The position numbers were made by a program, and so were the translations under genes. Under the pieces are notes generated by a model. It searched no databases, was not told the origin of the DNA, and saw only the letters and a program-made list of their open reading frames with translations. This document shows, piece after piece, positions 53,781-64,000 of a stretch of 64,000 bases of DNA (the first letter of the stretch is position 1; each line of letters starts with the position of its first letter). Origin of the DNA: Octopus bimaculoides (taxonomy: Eukaryota); NCBI RefSeq assembly GCF_001194135.2, contig NC_068990.1, forward strand, positions 43,552,284 through 43,616,283. The letters run 5' to 3'.

Positions 53781-54749
53781 GATGGGCTTCTTTCAGTTTC
53801 TGTCTACCAAACCTCAAAAATACATGATGAGGGTGGCCCTAACTGAAAGAGCAGTTCTACCCAGAGCTGAGAACAGTGGAGAAAACTTGTCAATGGCCTA
53901 TTCTGCGTAGGGAGCAAAGGATTTAAGTAAGCCTAATAATGCAGAAAGTTGTCTTCCATGCTTGCTCAGCCACACAATATTAGTTAACAAAAAATATTTT
54001 TCTTCTTGACTATATTGAACACAAAATGGCTTATATCTGACCTTGTAAGCATTGGAAATGAACAAACCGACCTTTTCATTACTAATTAATGACTGTTCCT
54101 TATGACAATGCATGTGAGTGTGTATTATAATTATTCTAATTAAAATGGTTCCAAAGATTGAACTCAGACTGAATTAACAACAATAGTTATAGCTCAAACT
54201 AAATGTGAATACAAACACAAATGAGAAGTGAGAGAAAATTGTGTGTATTTATTACAAACACACATAAAAATGGGTCTGTTAGTAATGGCAGTGGGTATTC
54301 AGTTATTTGATCGACTGAATTGCCTGCTCAATGAATTAGCAAGCAAGTATACCCACCCACACATACAAAGGAAACAAGCAGTGCCTTACGGTCCTTCACT
54401 GTACTTTCAAGACTGATAGGAAGGAGGAAGAGACCTCTCTCAAATGCTTACAACAAAGTGGACTCCACTAAAGACATCCGAAGATTAAATCTCTAAACCT
54501 GATACTTCATCTGCCCCAGAAGGATGGAAGTTACTCTTATAACTTGATTTTCAGTTGGATAATAGGCAATATAGATTTACAATATGAATACATCATTCAG
54601 AATACTGCCAAAATATTGTTTGTATTTACCTGGGATTTTAACTAAAATCCTGTATCTTCATGGAAGTACCATCCAACACCCATATCCTCTGGAAGAAGAG
54701 GGGTTGTGAACATTATTCTCCTGCCTATATTCTTCTACCAAAATAGCAG

Positions 54750-55535
54750 ATGCTATCTTGGAAGTTTTCTGTCATCCACTGCAGGATCTGGTAAGAATAT
54801 CGAACATCACATCCAATCAGGTCATGCCTCTTTTGGTCGTCTCAAAGCCAGGGTCTTTTGCAACAAGGATCTGACATTCAAAACGAAGCTCATGGCCTAT
54901 CGGGCTATTGTCATATCAACTCTGCTGTACGGGTGTGAAACCTGGACTGTTTATCGTAAGGACATGAAGAAACTAGAGCGCTTCCATCAACCCAAACTTC
55001 GCTCTATCCAGAACATCAACTGGGAAGATCGCATCACCAATAACTTAGTGCTTGAAAGATCAGGTCTCCTGAGCATCGAAGCCTTTATCATTGAACTTCG
55101 TCTCCGATGGTCAGGTCACGTCCGTCGGATGAATGAACACTGCCTTCCCAAGATCTGTCTCTACGGTGAACTGTCTGAAGGAAAATGTCCTCGTGGAGTC
55201 CCCTTGAGGCGGTACAAGGACCAACTCAAATCAACCTCGAAAAGCACCAACATCGACCCCGCACACTGGGAGGATATCTCGGCAAACAGATCCCTCTGGA
55301 GACACACCATCAAAACGAGTTCAGCAGACTTCGAGAAAGCCCAAGTCGCAAGGGATGAACTCAAGAGACGGAAGAGAAAGCAGCACCTTCTCCTTCCCAA
55401 ACCAACCCCTTCTATCCCTTGTCCACAATGTCTCTATGTTTCATGCAGCCCTTGGATTGCAGAGCCATCGGCGGTTCAAACACCCAAGAAAATGAACTGG
55501 ATTGCAAGCTCAGAAACACGAGACGCAGCCAACAA
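54750..55535 (+). mobile_element. 5'-truncated RTE (BovB-like) LINE, relatively young
   Basis: About 225 open codons YLGS...FGRL...TLLYGCETW...LRWSGHVRRM...LYGEL...RYKDQLK. The C-terminal CPQC...H...H finger is split by a frameshift near 55432; (caa) tail. Confidence 0.9.
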
Positions 55536-55644
55536 CATACTTCTAACTACTTTTACTCTTTATTCTTCTATTTTATTCCTTATAAACTGTGAATTTTAAT
55601 CCTTGTAAACTGTGAATTTTCTCCGTCTAACATATTCATACCTT

Positions 55645-55711
55645 GTCTCTGATGATGGAATACCCAGTGCATGGACAACCACTTGGGTTATCCCAGAAAT
55701 AGCTATAAGAC
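55645..55711 (+). ncRNA. Type I hammerhead ribozyme motif (intact core; Penelope/retrozyme-type)
   Basis: GTCT-CTGATGA-[long stem II 55656-55695]-GAAA-TAGCTA (palindrome)-TA-AGAC. All core nucleotides are present and stem I GTCT/AGAC pairs. Confidence 0.75.
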
Positions 55712-55894
55712 TTCAAATTCACCTTACCTTAACTGAATTATTCTAAATGACTTGAGATACTCGTTCTATCTTGGTTTTGATTTTCTCTCTAATATAATAT
55801 AAATATGTATATATACATATATATATATTCCATCCTTAATCTCCTTTCTGTCAACACTTCAAATGTATAAACTTCTTCCCTAAAGGCTGGTATT

Positions 55895-55962
55895 ATCCAA
55901 TGATGGAATCAATTTACAATCATTATTTTAGACCACCATACCCCGAGAAACAGCTGTTGGAC
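55895..55962 (+). ncRNA. Decayed second hammerhead-like motif
   Basis: TCC-AATGA-TGGAAT...GAAA-CAGCTG (palindrome)-TT-GGAC. Same flanks as the 55645 motif, but the CUGAUGA box is damaged. Confidence 0.45.
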
Positions 55963-56375
55963 TTGGAAAACTCTTCTTCAACCCCTTTAATTCCTGATAT
56001 CATTTCTATTCTGTGTAAGTCAGACCTTTTCATGTGTAAACATATGTACATTTTTTGTATTAAATGTATTTAATACTTTTTGTATATCGATTTGCCTAAC
56101 TTGCTTATCTTTACATTTACTCGTCTACCTGCCCAAGTTTAAACCTCTTGAACACCATGAAGTGTATTGTATACAGAGAATATCTGTCTTTCATCTATAA
56201 ACTAAATATATATGACAACAGACGGAAATTGGTTCATTTACTACAGCTATTTGAAAGAAGTTTATATACATATATATAAAACCTTAAAAATATGCTGTAT
56301 GACATACCATAAAATGAAAGGAAATAAATTTTGAGGATATACCAGTCTCCATATTCTCTATCGTTATAATTATTG

Positions 56376-56392
56376 CATATATATATATATAT

Positions 56393-56445
<53 letters not shown>

Positions 56446-56727
56446 NNNNNNNNNNNNNNNNNNNNNNNNNNNNNNNNNNNNNNNNNNNNNNNNNNNNNNN
56501 NNNNNNNNNNNNNNNNNNNNNNNNNNNNNNNNNNNNNNNNNNNNNNNNNNNNNNNNNNNNNNNNNNNNNNNNNNNNNNNNNNNNNNNNNNNNNNNNNNNN
56601 NNNNNNNNNNNNNNNNNNNNNNNNNNNNNNNNNNNNNNNNNNNNNNNNNNNNNNNNNNNNNNNNNNNNNNNNNNNNNNNNNNNNNNNNNNNNNNNNNNNN
56701 NNNATATATATATATATATATATATAT
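56376..56727. repeat. (TA)n microsatellite spanning a 258-N assembly gap (56446-56703)
   Basis: Direct inspection. Confidence 0.95.
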
Positions 56728-58505
56728 AAATAACCAGATGGTTATATACCCTTGGTGATCAACTAGTCCTAATGGCAGTAACATTAAAAAGATTCCATTT
56801 CTTACGAAGTGTAGGACTGCACTTTGTAAGAGGGTGGGTAGATAACAACTTCCTTAAATCATTGATATTTGCCTCATTGACATCAAGGTTAACAGTAATA
56901 AGGTAGTGAGATAACAGCAAGAGTCACTGTCTGTCAAGTAAGGGGAAGATAAGAAAGATTGACCTCAACAGAGCAACAGGTCAGCAGGAAAGGTCAACTC
57001 CAGTAGGACAGGTAGATGATAAGAATGGTGGACCTAGCAGAAAAAGTCAACAGTGAAATATGAAACTAGATAGACTAAAGTATACAGCCCAACACTAAAC
57101 ACTGTTCATTCCTTTTGACAAAGCACAAAACCTAAAATTTATATAAGATAAAAGTAAACAGGATGTTGTGACATTTATGCCTTTTCCATGAGGCACTAAG
57201 CAACTTAACTAAAGTAAAATGACTACAACTGTTATTTGAAAGTGGAATGTGAACTTTAAAGAACTTAGAGGAAGAAGGGCAGACATCTATTGACACGCTT
57301 CTTACAATCTCTCAGACTGCTAGGAAGAGTAGAAGTAGCTGGTTTGAGATCTGGCCTAAACTTTTGTAACAAGGTGGACACTGCTAAATGCCCCAGGGAC
57401 TAGTGGTAGTGTTAAACCAGGCAACAGATTTTGTTTTGTTTTTTTTTTAAGTCTCCCATCCACTGGCCTCGGGCCTCCACAGCATTTGATCCAACTCTGA
57501 ACAATATTGAATTGTAATAAATAAGATACAACATCAGCAAAAACTTGATTTGACAAATGAAACTAACTTTTTGAAAAAGGGGGTAATTATCTGATAGCAT
57601 CTTTAGGGCATCAGCACCTATAACTATAGAGACTTTGGAGAGGAGAAAGAGAGAACAGCCTATCATTTCTTTCTATGTCTCCATACCCTGCATTAAAACT
57701 CTCTGCATATGGTCCTTTGTTCAAAAGACTGATGCCTCTGTCCAATAGAACTTTCTCTATCATTATCGCACTCACTCTTTCTGTTCATGCACTAACCTCC
57801 AATTTTCCCAAACTTCAATCTACAAAAAAAAAAAATTCCATTTTATCTCTGATATGAAATGCCCTTCTTTGGGAGTATGGATAAATGCCCTTCTTTCCAT
57901 ACAATAAGAAAAAAAAAAATCGCAAATAAATATATCTCATCTTACTGTGTTTAACAATGCATAAAGTGTGTAGCACACACACGTGCTCACCACAACTACA
58001 CAACTATAATTATCAGTGAGAGAAAGAGAACAGAGATGATAATACATCTTATGTGCTACACAACCACATAATTAAACAACTGTGTACATCAGACTGCAGT
58101 TATAATTGCACTCACACACAAATACACCTTTGACATGTGGTAACTGAAGCCATATTGAAATGAGATCATGGTGTATACTGAACAGATCAGATGATAGAGA
58201 TAATGATTATAATGATGATGATGAAAGTGATGATGTAGATGATAATGATGATGGTGATGAGTTAGGACTTCTAAAATAATATATTTCAGTCTCTGCTCTA
58301 TGAATGGTCGATTATATTGCATCAATTTCATCATCAACAGCTGCTGTAGGTCCCTAGGGGTCTTTTTTAATATATGTAAGAGAACAGGGACCACCTGAGA
58401 AGTTATCGACCCTTTCATAGGATCAGAGAAAAATAGGGGTGGGTGGGAATGAAATGGAGATAATCATTGTGGAATAATTTAAATAGTAAAAGAGAGGAGT
58501 GATTC

Positions 58506-58511
58506 TTTATT
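58506..58511 (-). promoter_or_regulatory. Candidate proximal polyadenylation signal of SNX30-like gene
   Basis: AATAAA on the minus strand 20 nt after the stop, followed by pyrimidine-rich sequence. Confidence 0.4.
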
Positions 58512-58530
58512 TCCCCACTTCATTTGGCTT

Positions 58531-58863
58531 TCATGTACTGCTCCTGTTGTTGTTGTTGTTGTTGTTGCCGGTGTTGTTGGCAGTGGAGGTGTCCCCCCCG
58601 TCTCCTTTCGCACTTCCTTCGAAGACATCTTTGGGAGGAAGCGGAGGAACGGCTGGGTGATCCCCATCGGCATCAGCATCAACACACGCTGCCTCAGCAC
58701 CTGTATCGCCATCGGTGTCCACTGACATCACGTGAGAAGGGGTCAACTGGGGAGATATGGAATCACTTACTTCAGCAATGGTCTGAATCTCATCACAAGT
58801 AGGTTTCGTAATATCAGTGTTGGCTTGAATTCTACGGATGGCATCTTCCCAGGCATGGAGACA
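58531..58863 (-). CDS. SNX30: SNX30-like terminal coding exon with extended acidic/Pro/Asn tail
   Basis: Minus strand gtttccag|TGTCTC. Encodes CLHAWEDAIRRIQAN (human CLMAWESII), then stays open for 110 aa to TGA at 58531. An internal in-frame donor sits at 58771. Confidence 0.82.
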   Translation of the reverse strand, partial: CLHAWEDAIRRIQANTDITKPTCDEIQTIAEVSDSISPQLTPSHVMSVDTDGDTGAEAACVDADADGDHPAVPPLPPKDVFEGSAKGDGGDTSTANNTGNNNNNNNRSST

Positions 58864-59868
58864 CTGGAAACAACATAAAAAGGAAATTACTGAAGAATAG
58901 TTTGTCTTGGATTTGCTTTGCTATGAATGACATTTTATATTTTCTTCACATTTCCTATCATCTGAAACACTGAATAACAAACAAAAGAAATGTGATGTAA
59001 CAATAGACATCACAGTAAGGGATCATATCAAGACTGGTAAGGTGTGCAATGAGGCAACAGGGGCTGGTAGCTAGTGTCTTAGCTAAAAAGCTAAATATTA
59101 GATAAGGTTAAACAAATATGGCTAACATCTTGTGATGACTGCACACTAAGCATGCAGTATGCACATTCCTATTATTAATTTTTTTACACTGCTCTACTTC
59201 AGTTTATCTATCTCATCTTTCACAGTTGACTTTGTGAGTTTTAAAGGACATCCAAGTTTTAAAAAAAAACACTATTTTATATGTAAATCAAACAGTAAAT
59301 ATACAAATGAACAACAACATAAATATACAAATGACCTCACTATAGTAACGTAAAATTACCCTACATATACAATTGATTATAGCATCAGAATTATACAGTA
59401 AATATATATTTGACACAACTAAAGTAATGTAAAAATAGAAATAAGAATCAAATTCCTAAATTCTCTCAAAATGTGGAAGGGAGATAAGTTTATTCACAAA
59501 CACAGAATTCGACCCCTTGTTGAACATAAATCTCCCTTGCTCATAACGCATATTTTTTGTTCATAAACCAGTACATGCAGTTGCCTGTCCTGATGGAAAT
59601 TGCACACAAATGTCCTTAATACCACACCATTTTTTAAAAAATTGTAGTTCACATTAGATAATGTAATCCTACATACACAGAGATAGCTATTGTTGAAGGC
59701 CTTTAACCAGCTGGATCATAGTGGATCACAACTTAACTAAGTTTAAACACCAACAAAGCTGACAGTGTCTTACAAGAAAAGACTAAAAAGTTATAAAATT
59801 GACACAGGAAGTAAGGGAATTTTGCACAGGAAGTTTGGATGAAGGAGAATTCTGCACAGCATACTTAC

Positions 59869-60021
59869 CTTTTCATACCGTTCAACTTGCTTGTCTGCAA
59901 GAGCAACGAAAATTTCTCTCAAGTCCCTATGTTTGGTCTTATGCCAGCGCTCCATATCAGCCTTCAGATCAGCATTAGCACAGGCAGATTTGTCATTGAG
60001 AATTTCCACATTTTGAGTAAG
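59869..60021 (-). CDS. SNX30: Sorting nexin SNX30/SNX7 family, BAR-domain exon
   Basis: Minus strand ttttgtag|CTTACT...GAAAAG|gtaagt. Encodes [51 protein letters not shown], matching recalled human SNX30 [36 protein letters not shown]. Confidence 0.9.
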
Positions 60022-60137
60022 CTACAAAACAGAGAATGGAATTACAGACAGTGCATAAACAAATTACAATTTCTTTTTTTTAGTTTCTTTTTATTTTATA
60101 GCACAGGTATGACTATAGGTGTGGATTATAGACACAG

Positions 60138-60530
60138 GCACAGCTGTGGGGTTAAGAAGCAGGTGGTCTTGAGTGCAATCCCACTACACAGCACCTTGAG
60201 AAAGTATTTTCTATTATAGTCTTGAGCAAACCAAAGCCTTGTGTGCAGATTTAGAAGACAGAAACTGAAAGAAGCCCATTATATGTGTTCATGCGTACCT
60301 TTCATTTGACATCACATGATGATTACAAACAAGCATTACTGTCACATAAGTGACATTGTTTGTTTCCTGTCTTCTGTGGACAACTTTTCTGGTCATGGGA
60401 AAAATTACCATGCTTGGAAACAAGTGAGGATTGGCAACAAGAAGGGCATATAGCCACAGGAAAATTTGCCTCAACAAATTTCAGCTAACCCATGCAATCA
60501 TGGAACAGTGGATGTTAAATGATGAGGATC
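60138..60530 (+). mobile_element. SINE with family-A head and RTE-type 3' tail
   Basis: Family A head/body, then ttggcaacaagaagggcat...catggaacagtggatgttaaatgatga. Similar copies at about 10950-11430(+), 29960-30340(-), 34186-34550(+). Confidence 0.75.
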
Positions 60531-60676
60531 TCATCTACTATTGCAAGAGATCAAACATTACATCACAGCATTTACAACAATAGTCAAAGCAATAACTTGA
60601 ACTTCACTGAAAGAACATGGGTTTTTCATCAATATTTATATTCTTTGCCAAATCACAGTGAAAGATATAAAGACAC

Positions 60677-60714
<38 letters not shown>

Positions 60715-60995
60715 GAATGACACTGGAACAGATATTACATAATCGGTTCATAAGCTTACAACTGTTTCTGCTATAAGATGCAGTGCACTCAGAGCTTAAA
60801 GGCTCTGGGGAAACTATTAGGTGATGCGCAAGCACTCAGCTCTGAGTGAACTACATCTTTTAGTGTAAACAGCAGTAAGCCTAAGTGAAATCTTTATTAA
60901 CGCATGTGTGTCACATGCATATGTACACAGTCACATTGACACACACTTTATTTTGATGCTAAAGCTTTGCAAATTTCACACACACAGAAATGTAC

Positions 60996-61100
60996 CTCAT
61001 GAATATTTTTTTCCAGCTTGATCTGTTTTTGCTGTTTGACATCATCTGGATCCTTGCCTAAAAATGCTCCCAGAGAGAAGGACTGGTCTGAGACTTTTAA
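60996..61100 (-). CDS. SNX30: Sorting nexin SNX30/SNX7 family, BAR-domain exon
   Basis: Minus strand tttactttcag|TTAAAA...CATGAG|gtacat; 35 codons LKVSDQSFSLGAFLGKDPDDVKQQKQIKLEKNIHE; phase 0/0. Confidence 0.82.
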
Positions 61101-61234
61101 CTGAAAGTAAACAATGAACACTGAATGTATAGCAGCAGCATGGAACAATGATGAAGTCAGTGGTTAGATATTTCTTATTACATACACACACTCCTCATCA
61201 TCATTCCTACATGCAACAGCTGGTGAGACATTGT

Positions 61235-62080
61235 CTTTCTCTTATGCCATTCATTGCAGTCCACCTCCTTTGAGAAGTTCAACATCTCAAGATCAACTTC
61301 CACCATTTCTGCTTAATTCTTCCTTCGTCGTCATCCCCAACAGTTTCCTTCCACTCGACTCTCCTGGAATTTTCTTCCATTATAATTCCATATGTATTAC
61401 ATATCCATACCAATGAAGTCATCTTTCTTGCACTTTCTTTTTTTACTTTCTCTCTCTCAGCTCAACTCATCTGTACCACATTATCTAAACACATAACAAC
61501 CAGCCATCTGGCAGAGAATGTTAACTTCATCTCCCCACAACCTTTGCACAACCCTTACATTCAATGCTCACATCTCAATTCTAACAGCATTGCCCTTCAT
61601 TCACAACCATTGTCCAATCTACCCTTCGCTGGAAGAGAGGACTGCATTGTTGCCAATCAAAGGTAATAAGTCCATGAACTGATTCTACCACAGTCTTACT
61701 CAAGTTACTCAGCTTTTAGACCACCTTCTGCCACAACCGATTAGGCCACCTAGAGAGCAGAAGTAATTAACTACTTCTATAGAACCATCCAAACAAACAA
61801 TTTCACTAATGATCTGATGGCTAATTACTCCTGTACATCAACCACATATAAAGTCATTATTCACTGTCACTTTGCTTGTGAATCCACTACATCTCTTCTG
61901 CACCCAAAGTTCACACTGAGTACAGTGTATGGAATTTCTACCGACTCCTTTTTTGAACATCAAGCATGACCATTTCTTTGGTAGCAGCAGGGTCCTGTCT
62001 TCTTTCCAACTCACTAAAACAACAGCTATTACCAAGTTTACTCGGAGGCTTCTCAATTTAAGCTTTTGTTTCCACATCTC
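61235..62080 (-). mobile_element. Decayed RTE LINE fragment
   Basis: KKGVGRNSIHCTQCELWVQKRCSG, LEVVNYFCSLG, and ERRLHWYG / VEGNC motifs with many lesions. Confidence 0.75.
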
Positions 62081-63099
62081 TAAGTCTTACACACACACAC
62101 ACACTTAACTAAAGTGCTAATACAGTGTGATTATATATATATATATAGACATATATAAATATAACTACTAGTTGGTTCAAGCCTTGATTCTAGTTTATTA
62201 TCAACAGATTCATTTTTCTCAGCAAGACTAAATAGACATTTATTAATTATATAACACACATACATGAATATACAGACATGTGCACAAGAGAGAGAGAAAA
62301 CTGTCTATTGAAAATATTTTTTCAGATAATCGGTCTTAATTAATCTAAGTTACTTATTTCCTTTCAGTGTTTGGTCTATATTAAATGTTCCTCCAATAAT
62401 AGCTTCCCACCATTGTTAAGTCTACAGTTTACTGAATTGAATTCCAGAATATTTTATTGATCTCTGATAGATGAAAGGTCAACTGGATAGAATCTAGACT
62501 ACGAATGCAGGGGCAGACAACTAAGTATGACTGCTAGAGTATATTAATTATTCAATGAACCTTGGTCCTGCTGCCGATCACGTTAAACGATTTTGCCGTC
62601 ACTTATATCAACCTCTGAACCTATTGTCGACCTTAAGAGGATGAAACGGTAAGAGAACCTCGGCAGGATGTTTCCTCTTTAATAATAATGTTGATTATTA
62701 TTAAAGTTGATTGTAAATGAGCCACTGGTACGAGTCTCAACAGAGGGTTCACAGTGTTTAATTAATTAGTTTACTTGATGTCATCACTGATTTTTTCCCA
62801 GTCAAAAGTACTAAAATGTCACAAAGGTACACCTTCTTGCAAACAAATAGGTTCGGACAATAAAAATCACTGAGGTAAGCAGTAGGAACGCAATAATAAC
62901 TGGCTGATGTTCAGTTACCTTACAGGGTTGAAACGAAATCATTTCAGCACCAGTCTGAAAATAAAGGGAGACCACTTTGAACTCTCCTGCTTGAATTGCT
63001 ACATAAAACTAAAGTTATATGGACCACATATTCTCACAACTTGCTAGAAATAACAGTCAAATCTCCCTCAAACATCACAATCTTTAGAAAAATTGGCAC

Positions 63100-63570
63100 A
63101 CCATCATCATTTAACGTCTGCTTTCCATGCTGGCATGGGTTGGACGATTCGACAGGAGTTGGCCAAACTCCAGTTGTTTGTTTTGGCATGGTTTCTACAG
63201 CAGGATGCCCTTCCTAACATCAACCAATTTACAAAGTGTGCTGGATGCTTTTTACATGCCACCAGCACAGGTGCATTTGCATAGCACCAACATGAGTGCA
63301 TTTTACGTGGCACCAGCACTTGAAAGACGAAGATCACTCAGCTGGGAGAGGGAGCAGGGGCAGAGCCATAAAGGACATGCCTGTATGTATGGATGGTAAC
63401 AGTTTTACTTAGCTGACAGATCTTCTCAAATACAACAAATAACCACAAGTCCCAATCCCTTGTCATCTCCTCACTTAGGTGCAGTGTTTGAAAATCCTTT
63501 CTCACCACCTTTTCCCATATCTTCCTGGGTCTACTCCTTCTGCAGGCTCCCTCCACAATTAGAGATTGGA
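63100..63570 (-). mobile_element. RTE LINE 3' end plus 3' UTR
   Basis: VEGACRRSRPRKIWEKVVRKDFQTLHLSEEMTRDWDLW, then the tail gcatggaaagcagacgttaaatgatgatg. Confidence 0.85.
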
Positions 63571-63662
63571 CACAATGAATGGATAATGTAGTCCAGGGTA
63601 TAGTATACCAGAAGGGAAAAATATGAGAGGCTATGGTCATAGCTGAAATATCTTTCATCATA

Positions 63663-64000
63663 GAATGGGAGAAAGAGAGCCTGCCTTATGTCGACCCAAT
63701 AGAGGGACCAGCTATCCGAGTTGATAGTACCAGGGTAGATAAAGCAATTAAGAGTATGAAGACCGGGAAAGCCCCCGGCCCATCAGGAATCACTGCAGAG
63801 ATGCTCAAAATATCTGGCAGTGTTGGCTATAGCCTAGTCACCCGTATTACGAACCAGGTGATACACGAAGGAGTCATACCCTATGACTGGTGTAGCAGCA
63901 TCATAGTCAACTGCTACAAAGGTAAAGGGGACGCTTTAGATACAAATAATTACAGAGGCATCAAGCTGTTAGATCAGGTTATGAAAGTTACAGAGAGGGT
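63663..64000 (+). mobile_element. Young RTE LINE, reverse-transcriptase N-terminal part (runs off window)
   Basis: Open frame EWEKESLPYVDPIEGPAI...MKTGKAPGPSGITAEMLK...IPYDWCSSIIVNCYKGKGDALDTNNYRGIKLLDQVMKVTER. Confidence 0.92.

Noticed and set aside
54706-55599. 297-aa ORF as a host gene
   Set aside because: RTE ORF2 C-terminal fragment with a non-homologous start and frameshifted end.
56284-56784. ORFs spanning N runs (also 28717-29066)
   Set aside because: Artefacts of microsatellites and assembly gaps.
63100-64000. Head-to-head RTE pieces resembling a twin-priming inversion
   Set aside because: The minus-strand 3' piece looks much more decayed than the open plus-strand RT piece, and about 90 bp of unrelated sequence separates them. 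Two independent insertions are more likely; the TSD cannot be tested inside the window.

Overview
AT-rich, repeat-dense animal genomic DNA. The SINE/LINE families resemble those I recall from octopus genomes (inference, not database-checked). Two convergent intron-rich genes are present. (1) A DCAF15 orthologue on the + strand: 10 coding exons from 1164 to the stop at 42666, spliceable in frame through canonical GT-AG sites into about 760 aa; the 5' exons lie upstream of the window. One 1461-bp exon carries a roughly 400-aa Ser/Thr/Asn/Cys/His-rich insertion. (2) The last three coding exons of an SNX30/SNX7-family sorting nexin on the - strand (61100 to 58531), with an unusual C-terminal tail that contains a perfect in-frame splice donor. 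Introns and the intergenic region hold tRNA-derived SINEs, several RTE-clade LINE fragments, an R4/Dong-like LINE, Penelope-like remnants, a decayed mariner with its MITE, TTAA-type MITEs, microsatellites and two N gaps. The most notable non-coding signal is a set of type I hammerhead-ribozyme-like motifs. One at 55645-55711 has an intact catalytic core and a decayed partner about 250 nt downstream; further decayed motifs lie at 33044-33086 and inside an inverted repeat at 7443-8038. No prokaryotic-type systems (CRISPR etc.) and no supportable tRNA/rRNA genes were found. Repeat boundaries are approximate.
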